Below are positions 41,318 through 49,155 of a stretch of DNA of 64,000 bases, piece by piece; positions within the stretch are counted from its first letter, which is position 1; every line of letters begins with the position of its first letter. Below the pieces are notes generated by a model that saw only the letters and a list, made by a program, of their open reading frames with translations, did no database searches and was not told the DNA's origin. The position numbers were made by a program, and so were the translations under genes. Origin of the DNA: Polyangiaceae bacterium (GTDB lineage Bacteria > Myxococcota_A > Polyangia > Polyangiales > Polyangiaceae); NCBI GenBank assembly GCA_965222375.1, contig CBDCTZ010000014.1, forward strand, positions 128,001-192,000. The letters are read 5' to 3'.

Positions 41318-41346
41318 GGGGGTTTATTCTCGCTCACACTGGAGCG

Positions 41347-42057
41347 CTACAGGTCGTCCAACACGTTGGGATTGCGCCGCTCTTTCAGAACGCCCGTGAG
41401 GACGGAGATGTCATGTTTGCGGCAGCGCATCACCATGAGCGCCCGGAGGCTGCCGGCTTGGCCTGGGCCGGCGTCGGGTCTGCGGTACTTCCTGTCGAGT
41501 TTTCCGAGGACGCGGAAAGCACGGTAGGAGTACTCGGCACGGCCGGTGGTGCACGCGGCGATGCCTATGCTTGTCCAGCGCAGAGCGAGATCGTGTTGGC
41601 TGGGGTCGAGCTTCAAGAGCTCGATGTCCATTGCCAAACACGGGTAGTCCGTGGGCGACGGTCTGGAGGCGCGGGGGATCAGGGCGCTCCGTTCTTCGGC
41701 GACCTGGCGACGGGCGAGCGGCAAATGAGTTTGGAGCTTGGTATGGCGTTCTCGGTCGTCAGCGATGTCGTCTAGCAACCGCTTTTCTGCTGCGGGGTCG
41801 AAGCTGCTCTCGGGCATGAGAACTGTGAGGTAGGTGGTGGTCAAGCCGACAGCCGTGGCGACCGCCATGACCGCGTACGTCCACGCCCGTCTGGATCGGA
41901 GCCGCCGTTTGAATTCGCTTTCAGGAGGGGGCAATTCGTCGAGCTCGACCCGCAAGGCTTGAATCTGGGTCTCTTCGTTGTCGAGGGCGCGTTCGCCTTC
42001 TGCGAGCCTGCTCCGTAGCTCGTCTAGGTCGTCCGGCTCCCTGGCGTCGTCGGTCAC
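41347..42057 (-). CDS. Coiled-coil single-TM hypothetical protein
   Basis: Coiled coil, TM, coiled coil, WTSIGIAAC. Confidence 0.65.
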   Translation of the reverse strand: MTDDAREPDDLDELRSRLAEGERALDNEETQIQALRVELDELPPPESEFKRRLRSRRAWTYAVMAVATAVGLTTTYLTVLMPESSFDPAAEKRLLDDIADDRERHTKLQTHLPLARRQVAEERSALIPRASRPSPTDYPCLAMDIELLKLDPSQHDLALRWTSIGIAACTTGRAEYSYRAFRVLGKLDRKYRRPDAGPGQAGSLRALMVMRCRKHDISVLTGVLKERRNPNVLDDL

Positions 42058-42605
42058 GGTGCTGGGGCCCCTTCACACAACCGACCGAGTTCTTGCCTCA
42101 TGGCGGGCGAGAGGTTCCGGGTCGCAGCGGACCGCGCCTCGCTGTCGTCCAGCGCACACGCCGCGGAGCCGACGATGAGCCACGCCTGATCAGGGTCCTC
42201 ACAGTCCAGGCCGGCGATGCTGTCGTAGACGCGACCGAGGCTCGCCCTCCTGGACGGACCGGGCACGTCGGGACTGGCGAGAAGTTTTCGGACTTCGCGC
42301 TCGGGACCGCTCAGTCTTCTGTGCACCTCGTCGTGCTGCGCCTCCAGCTCGCGTTTCCGGGCATTGCGCACGTCGGCCTCGTGTCGTGCGGGCCCATATC
42401 TCTGTTCCACGATGGCCATCAAGATCGCCACGGCGGCTAGAACCACGGCAACTTGCCCGGCGTACTGAGTGAAGCGAGGCCGTCGCGCCTTCGCTTCGGC
42501 GAGCAATCGCTCGAGCTCTTCGCGTCTTTCGGCTTTCCGAGCGAGTCGCTCCTCCAAAGCACGGAGCCTCTCGGTCAGGGCGGCGCGCTCATCTCGGTAT
42601 GCCAC
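42054..42605 (-). CDS. Coiled-coil single-TM hypothetical protein (likely paralog of its neighbour)
   Basis: AYRDERAALTERL start, TM, WLIVGSAAC; GTGA overlap with the next gene. Confidence 0.65.
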   Translation of the reverse strand: MAYRDERAALTERLRALEERLARKAERREELERLLAEAKARRPRFTQYAGQVAVVLAAVAILMAIVEQRYGPARHEADVRNARKRELEAQHDEVHRRLSGPEREVRKLLASPDVPGPSRRASLGRVYDSIAGLDCEDPDQAWLIVGSAACALDDSEARSAATRNLSPAMRQELGRLCEGAPAP

Positions 42606-43037
42606 GCCCCGATGGGAACATCGGTGGCGGCCGCCGATCAAGACTCCATCATGTGCTCGCTCGGCCAATGGTTGCCGAGCGGAACGCGGCCTAGAGGAAA
42701 CTTATCAGGTACACGATGCCTGAGAAGAGCCAGGCGGCGATTCCGATCAGGCCGAGAGCGCGGCCAAGGTTGGCCCGCGTCAGGTACTGGTACCCGACGT
42801 CCTCGAGATGGATCGCGTCGCGCGCGCGATTCGCGTAGCTCATCGCGAAGGGGCAAACGAGCAACCCGCAACAGAAGAGCGAAATTCGCGTCGAGGAGGG
42901 CATCCAGTTGTGGCGCTGCGAACGTGCACATCCGCAGGACGACACCGCTCTAAACGCTTGCAAGTGGCGAGCAAGGGTCCAGCGATCAAGATGCCTGGAA
43001 GTGCGTGAGTCGTGAAAAGATGCCCACGTTCTTGGAT

Positions 43038-43703
43038 TCAACTCGGGAATGCGCCGCATCGAGACAGAGCGAGGTAGAGTGCCAAGGAGACGAGCAAGAA
43101 GAGCAGAAAATTGGTAGCTCGGCGTAAGCGCGGTGACCGCGGTAGGAACACGGACGCGCGCTCGACGACCGGCCCCCACAGGTCGTCGAATGCGATGAGT
43201 ATGGCAGCGCCGAGCAGTGGCGCAAAAAGAACCACCAAGGCAGCTACTGCGCCTGCGGCCGGTCCGCTGAGAAACCAGAACAGCGCGCCGAAGAACAGCG
43301 CAAGAATGTAGCTGTGCAGCACGACAGGTCGGCGAAGGTGCAAGGGTCGCCATCCAATCGGCGACAAGCCAGTGGCGAACGCCCGCGTCGCGGACAGGAA
43401 TTCGAACACCCGGGATGGCGTTGGGCCTTCCGGCGGTAGTTCTGCGTCCGAGTCGTCTCCCCAGTCGTCAGGCAAGACGAACGACCAAGCGTGCTCGATC
43501 TCGGCGTATGGATTGTCCTGAGGGTCGTCCAGCTGGATGCGATGTGGGAATCCAGCATCGGCGAGGCACGCTGACAACGATCGCAGTTCTGCTTCGGCAT
43601 CCTCGACGCTGGCGAGAATGCAGTCGGTTGCGACCATGATGTCGCCGTCCGATGGGTCCATTGCCCACTCAACCTCGTCATCCCCTGAGGGCCGCAGCAA
43701 CAC
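43038..43703 (-). CDS. Hypothetical membrane protein
   Basis: Acidic N-terminal half and ~3 hydrophobic segments; start uncertain. Confidence 0.4.
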   Translation of the reverse strand: MLLRPSGDDEVEWAMDPSDGDIMVATDCILASVEDAEAELRSLSACLADAGFPHRIQLDDPQDNPYAEIEHAWSFVLPDDWGDDSDAELPPEGPTPSRVFEFLSATRAFATGLSPIGWRPLHLRRPVVLHSYILALFFGALFWFLSGPAAGAVAALVVLFAPLLGAAILIAFDDLWGPVVERASVFLPRSPRLRRATNFLLFLLVSLALYLALSRCGAFPS

Positions 43704-44134
43704 CTTGCCGTTGTGTCCCGAGGTGTGCGGTTCAAGCGGAATTGTGCAGCCGCCTATGGTCGTTTCGATTCCGCCAACCCCGTGGGTGCGTTGATTTCAA
43801 CGTAGAAGTGGCAGGGCACGAGTCAAAACTACCCCCGTTCGGACATCGCGAAAACGTTGGCGGGAACCAAAGCGGAAGTGGAGGCCTGCCCGAGCGCTCT
43901 TGGCTCGTTCCTCGACTCGGCAACTGTCCTACAAACACTGATGGCAACTCTGCAACTCGATGCCTGGCCCGCTGAGACTCGCGTCACGTCGGGAGCGCCC
44001 ATGGGAGGCCTGCGCGCTCTAGCGCCCCGCTGTGTTGACCGGGCGCACGCGGCGGACATTGCTTGTCGCAGCGTGCTGCCCGCCGGGTTGCCGCGTGGGT
44101 TGGAGTGTGAGACAGAATCTGCCGCGGGAATCGG

Positions 44135-47100
44135 ATGAAGCTGCTTCGCCAGACCAAGCTGCACTTTGCCCAGGGTGCGTCTGACAAGGTTTACGAGGTG
44201 GAGCTTTGCGAAGCTAGCGCTGGCAACTTTGTCGTCAACTTTCGTTACGGTCGCCGCGGCACCAACTTGCGAGACGGAACCAAGACTATCGTTCCGGTCG
44301 GCGAGGCCAAGGCTATTGAAATCTTCGACGCCCTCGTCGCCACCAAGACTGCCAAGGGCTATCAGATCGTCGCCCAGACTGCTGACCGCGCAACTATCGA
44401 AGTTCGCCCGGACGCAGCCTCGGAAGTCGTGCGTCCAGGTCACAGCAAGGACGCGCGAGCGCGGGCCATTGTGACGCAGCTCGAAGCGGGTGGTTCGGAC
44501 GGCTGGTCTCTGAGTCGCGTGGTCTGGCGCGCCGGCGAGCTCAGGCTCTTGGAGGCGTTGGATTCGATCCTGAAACACTTCCGCCCGGGAATTGAGGCTC
44601 CGCTCACGTACTGCATTGTCTGGGCCGTGGGGCGTATCGCTTCTGAGCTGCCGAGGGGAGATCCGCGGGTTGGCCGCGTGCTCACGCTCCTCGACGCCCA
44701 GCGCGGAGACGGAGTCGCCAAAGATTCACGCGCCGAAGCCCTGAGGTGGCTGGCAATCGACGGGAGACTGGCGGTTGCGGTCGCTCACGACGAAGGCCTA
44801 GCGAGGCGAGAGCGACAGACGCTGGCGGAAATGCTTCCCGCGGCCATCGCCCCGCTAGCAAGCGACGAGAAGGAAGATCTCGGGGGAGTCGCCGAGGCTG
44901 AGCGCGCGTTTAGACGCCTTTGTAAGGAGCAACCGGGCACCGCAGCAAACGCTGCGTTGCTGCTGTACGCGTCGCGCTCGTTGCGCGGGCGAAGCATGGT
45001 GGTGCACGCCTTGCGATCCCTCGCCATCGTGGGAAGCGCCCGGGGCGCCTTCCGACGCATGCTGAAGCTCGCTGAGTTCAGAGCCGACGGGCGGATATTT
45101 GGCGAAGTGTTGCGCCGCTACGAGCGCACGCGGCGCACAGGCGCGGAGACCATCAGCGGGGGCACGGCTCGCTACATGCGGCGGCGCGGCTGGCGCACCC
45201 TGCGGCGCTTGGGTGACTTGGAACACGACGACTACACCGAAATGGCCGCCGGGGTCCTGCGTGCCATGGGCGACGACGATGCGGAGCCCGTGCAGCGCGT
45301 GGAGTCTTGGGACTACCGCGCAGGTGAGGAACGCATTCGCTACCGGGATGGCTTTTCCAGGGCCTGGGCGTTCAGCCAAATCCTGTTCGGCAACAGCCGG
45401 CGCCACGTCGTGGCTGCGCGCAAGTTGAGATTCGAGCTAGCGGAGGCGCACCCACCTGAAAAGCCTCCGCCCAGCAGCCGAGAAGAGCGTTTTCCGGAAC
45501 TGTGGGATCGAAAACCCGGTCGAGTCCTCGGTCTACTGGCGGAGAGTGAGTGCGCGCCGGTGCATCACTTCGGCGTGCTGTGCTTGCGGGGTCGAGAAGA
45601 CTACTTGACCACTCTGAAGACGGCCGACATCGCGGTGCTCTTGCTGCGTCCCTACGAAGAGACTGCCACACTGGGCTTGGAGCTGGCGGTGCGGCGCTTC
45701 GACCCAAGCCAGCCGGACTGGCACTTGGCGATTGCGGCGGCCAACTCACCGCTGCAGCGCGCGCGGCAACAGGCTGTCACTTGGCTAACGGGCGGCTGGC
45801 TCGCGATACTTGGACGTTCCGACGTGTTGGCTGCTCTGATCACGAGTCCGCGCGCTGAAACCCAGGATTTCGTTGCAGAGCGGCTAAGCAGCGGACCTCC
45901 CGCGGCGGAGGTTGGTCGTGAGGTAGTAGCAAGAGTTCTCGCCGAACTCATGGACTCCGGGGGGCGCACTCGCGAGTGGGCCCGTCGAGTGGGTGAGGTG
46001 CTGCAAGCTCATTTTGGCTCCGCCTTGCGCGAACTGAGTTGGGAAGTCTTGGAAGATCTCGCTAGCCATTCGAGTGCTCCAGTGCAGGAGCTTGCCGCGG
46101 CGATCCTCAGCAAGCATCCGCGGTTCGCTCAAGACCCGCCCGAGGCATTGCTCAAGGCACTGCTCACTTCGCGCCACGCGTCGGTGCGGGCGCGCGCCCT
46201 GGAGCTGATCGGGTTGCTACCCGATGCAAAACTGGCTGAGCGCGCTGAGCTGATCGCTAGCTTTGCCACTCACGAGGTCGCGGAGATGCGTGCCGCGGCT
46301 CGTCCCATCGTTGCGCGACTGGCCGCGATATCTTGGCAGCAGTCGACCACGCTAGCGATGGCGATCATCCAGATCCTCTGCCGGCAGGATCTCGAAAAGG
46401 ACCGCGCAAACGACCTGGTTGCGCTGCTACGTACCGAGCTTTCGCCGATCCAGAACCAGCTTCCGACGCCCGAGCGGTTTCGCCTCGTTGGGGCGGCCAC
46501 CACGGTGGCCCAAGAGCTGGGAGCGGAATTCCTGTCCCGGCTGAGTCCCAAGGAAATCACCATCGATCAAGCGCTGGAGCTCGGCAGCCACGACGTGCTC
46601 AGGGCTCGCGAAGTCTGCTGGGATCTGTTTCGGGACGACGTGTCCCGAATCCGAGCAGAACTCCGCAAGGCGGTACGCCTGCTGGATGCGAAGTGGGAAG
46701 ACACTCGTCGCTTTGCGGCTGAATACTTCCGCGAGCACTTCAAGGACGGAGATTTCCGTCCCGAGGTTGTCGTTGCGATATGCGACAGTACGCGAGACGA
46801 GGTGCAGCGCTTCGGCCAGGAGCTGGTGATGAGGAACTTCGCTCGAGAGTCCGGCACGCTGTACGTGACACGTCTGGCGGAACACCCCTCCGTGACGATG
46901 CAGCAGTTCGTTTCCTCGCTGGTCCTGGAGCACGCCGCGGGAGATCCCCAGCGCATTCGCACCCTCGCGCCATTTTTCGCTTCGGTCTTGGCGCGGGTCA
47001 ACCAAGGGCGTGTCGCCAAAGCTCGAACCTGGCACTTCTTTCGCGAGCAGATCCAGAGCAGCCAGGCAGCGGCGAGCATTATCGCCGAGATCGTGACGAA

Positions 47101-47230
47101 GTCGAGTGCCACCATGGCCGTTGGCGACAAGATGCAAGCAATCAGCGTGCTGACGGCGATCGCTCAGCTTCATCCTTCCGTTTCGCAGTTGCTCGAACTC
47201 AAGCCGGTGCAGGTGCGCAATGCGCTTTGA
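44135..47230 (+). CDS. WGR-domain protein with ARM/HEAT-like helical repeats (retron-associated)
   Basis: SDKVYEVEL...VVNFRYGRRG...FDALVATKTAKGY WGR domain, then ~950 aa of Ala/Leu-rich helical sequence. Confidence 0.88.
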   Translation: MKLLRQTKLHFAQGASDKVYEVELCEASAGNFVVNFRYGRRGTNLRDGTKTIVPVGEAKAIEIFDALVATKTAKGYQIVAQTADRATIEVRPDAASEVVRPGHSKDARARAIVTQLEAGGSDGWSLSRVVWRAGELRLLEALDSILKHFRPGIEAPLTYCIVWAVGRIASELPRGDPRVGRVLTLLDAQRGDGVAKDSRAEALRWLAIDGRLAVAVAHDEGLARRERQTLAEMLPAAIAPLASDEKEDLGGVAEAERAFRRLCKEQPGTAANAALLLYASRSLRGRSMVVHALRSLAIVGSARGAFRRMLKLAEFRADGRIFGEVLRRYERTRRTGAETISGGTARYMRRRGWRTLRRLGDLEHDDYTEMAAGVLRAMGDDDAEPVQRVESWDYRAGEERIRYRDGFSRAWAFSQILFGNSRRHVVAARKLRFELAEAHPPEKPPPSSREERFPELWDRKPGRVLGLLAESECAPVHHFGVLCLRGREDYLTTLKTADIAVLLLRPYEETATLGLELAVRRFDPSQPDWHLAIAAANSPLQRARQQAVTWLTGGWLAILGRSDVLAALITSPRAETQDFVAERLSSGPPAAEVGREVVARVLAELMDSGGRTREWARRVGEVLQAHFGSALRELSWEVLEDLASHSSAPVQELAAAILSKHPRFAQDPPEALLKALLTSRHASVRARALELIGLLPDAKLAERAELIASFATHEVAEMRAAARPIVARLAAISWQQSTTLAMAIIQILCRQDLEKDRANDLVALLRTELSPIQNQLPTPERFRLVGAATTVAQELGAEFLSRLSPKEITIDQALELGSHDVLRAREVCWDLFRDDVSRIRAELRKAVRLLDAKWEDTRRFAAEYFREHFKDGDFRPEVVVAICDSTRDEVQRFGQELVMRNFARESGTLYVTRLAEHPSVTMQQFVSSLVLEHAAGDPQRIRTLAPFFASVLARVNQGRVAKARTWHFFREQIQSSQAAASIIAEIVTKSSATMAVGDKMQAISVLTAIAQLHPSVSQLLELKPVQVRNAL

Positions 47231-48869
47231 GTACTCCTATCAGCAGAGCAGCGCCGTAGACCTGGCTTCGGACGCGACGGGCCTGTCGTTTTCCCCGGAT
47301 CTGCGGCGGAAACCGACGTTTTTGCGTGGCGAACTGACGGACCCGCTCACTTTCCGCGAGGCCATCAGCGCCCTGCACCACGTCGTCGTTTCTGACCTGC
47401 GCCTCAAGCCAAAAGACCGTGACGAGTACAAGGCCTGGCTGAAGCAGCGGGAAGAGGCGGATTTGGAAGCCATTGCGGCCGAGCGTAGTCAGGTGCAGCA
47501 AGAGATCGCGCGCGTCCGCGAGGAGCTCACGGGCCTGCGCGAAAATCGACGGCGCCGTTTTGCTCCCTTCTACCAAGCGAGGCAGCGGTACTTCGACTAT
47601 CTTTACGCCAAGGATCGGGATGCATGGTTCGTGCTCGATCCAGTCATCACCGTCCATCCCGATGAAGTGTCTTTCGAGTGCTTCAGCCAGGACGAGTCCA
47701 GCTACGGACGGCTCGCAGTGGGGTATGAGCATTTTCGCAACCTCGGAGAGCAATCGCCCGGAACGACGAACGTGGACTACTCGACCGCGCTCTACGACGG
47801 CTTCCAGAAACTGCGCACCTACAAGACGACCCGCTTGGACATTGATCCGAGTGGCTTCGACGTTGCTACGACCTTCGAGGGCAGTCACAAAGAGGTAAAA
47901 ATCGATCTGCCCGATAGCTGGGTCCGGGGTTTTCTGCAGGTCAGTTCCGCGATGACGTTTCCCGCCACTCGGATCCGGCTGCATCCCTTTGACGTCCACA
48001 ACATCTGCTTCGTTCTTCGGCGCCACCGCGAACTGAAAGGGCCCCGATCCCTGCGTTTCCAGCTCGTGCCCGGTCAGCCGGTACGTGTTGTCGTGGAACC
48101 CTGGAACTTCACCATCACCTGTCCGCGGTCCGGGTATTCCGGCAAAGATGAACTAGAGGTGCGGGTGTGGGGACGCCGACGCCTACACATTCTCGAAAGA
48201 CTGATCCCGATCACCAGGCACTTCGATGTCCTGCTCCTCGGCACGGGGATGCCGTCCTTTTGGCTAGCCGATCTGGGTAGCGCGAGCTTCACGCTGGGGC
48301 TTTCCGGTTGGACCAGCAACGATTGGTCGAGCGCAGGGAACTTCGATCTGTTAGCGCCACGCAAGCAGGTCGACGACTTCACGTCGCGTCGAGTCTTCGA
48401 GGCGCTACGCGGCCACTGGTTTGCCAAGCCCGAAGACCTTGGCCGAGAGCTCTCCCTGGATCCCGCGGTAGTGCAAGGCGCGCTCGCTGCGTACACCCAG
48501 GCTGGACGGGTGATGTACGATCTGAGCAAGGGAGTCTTCCGCGCGAGAGAACTGTCGCGGGAGCCATTGCCCCTGAACGCACTGCGCTTTCGCAGTGAGC
48601 AAGAAGAGGCGGCGGCAGTGGTAGTCGAACGCGGGGGCGTGAGCTTCGAGGGAGTCGACCAGGGCGAGCAGCACTTTCAACTGCGCAGCGTGGTCGACGA
48701 CCATGACGTGGTGCTCGCCCTCGACCGCGACGAGCGCTTAGTCGATGGCTCTTGTACCTGCTGGTTTTTCGGACAGAACAGGCTCCGCCGGGGGCCCTGC
48801 GAACACATGCTCGCCACTAGAATCATGTGGGAGCGAAAGCGTCGAAAGGAGGTGCTGGCCGCCAGTTGA
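47220..48869 (+). CDS. SWIM zinc-finger protein (retron-associated)
   Basis: C-terminal CTC-x12-CEH SWIM motif; LDPVITVHPD, FECFSQDESSYG, DLPDSWVRGFLQV; overlaps the upstream gene by 11 bp. Confidence 0.88.
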   Translation: MRFEYSYQQSSAVDLASDATGLSFSPDLRRKPTFLRGELTDPLTFREAISALHHVVVSDLRLKPKDRDEYKAWLKQREEADLEAIAAERSQVQQEIARVREELTGLRENRRRRFAPFYQARQRYFDYLYAKDRDAWFVLDPVITVHPDEVSFECFSQDESSYGRLAVGYEHFRNLGEQSPGTTNVDYSTALYDGFQKLRTYKTTRLDIDPSGFDVATTFEGSHKEVKIDLPDSWVRGFLQVSSAMTFPATRIRLHPFDVHNICFVLRRHRELKGPRSLRFQLVPGQPVRVVVEPWNFTITCPRSGYSGKDELEVRVWGRRRLHILERLIPITRHFDVLLLGTGMPSFWLADLGSASFTLGLSGWTSNDWSSAGNFDLLAPRKQVDDFTSRRVFEALRGHWFAKPEDLGRELSLDPAVVQGALAAYTQAGRVMYDLSKGVFRARELSREPLPLNALRFRSEQEEAAAVVVERGGVSFEGVDQGEQHFQLRSVVDDHDVVLALDRDERLVDGSCTCWFFGQNRLRRGPCEHMLATRIMWERKRRKEVLAAS

Positions 48870-48870
48870 G

Positions 48871-49137
48871 GCGTTGGCCTCGAGCGCGAAAGTGACGACC
48901 CAAGCAAAGACCTTGCATCCTGGGCGGCGTATCGCCGTCCTTGCCACATGGTCGATTTTGCATCACCGGCTCGCTCGTGACTTTGGCGAGATAGCCGGTG
49001 GTGTCGCGATCATCGGGGTGGTTGTCTGTTGAAACTAATCAGCGACACCACCGGCGTCTCGCTTGAGTTGAGCGATCCGATTCCAAGAATGGACGAAGGA
49101 GAGCTTGGGTCGTCACTTTCGTGCTCGAGTTTCGACG
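48871..49137 (+). ncRNA. Retron msr-msd non-coding RNA
   Basis: 27-bp inverted repeat 48879-48905 / 49103-49129 enclosing a small hairpin and a long stem, directly upstream of a retron RT. Confidence 0.88.
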
Positions 49138-49155
49138 TACTGGTCAGCAACCGCC

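Noticed and set aside
42691..43056. Small membrane-protein-like ORF end (CCGLLVCPF...GIVYLISFL)
   Set aside because: No credible start; too uncertain to call.
37000..43800. Integron cassette array (run of small co-oriented genes)
   Set aside because: No convincing attC sites (RYYYAAC...GTTRRRY) and no integron integrase found by eye.
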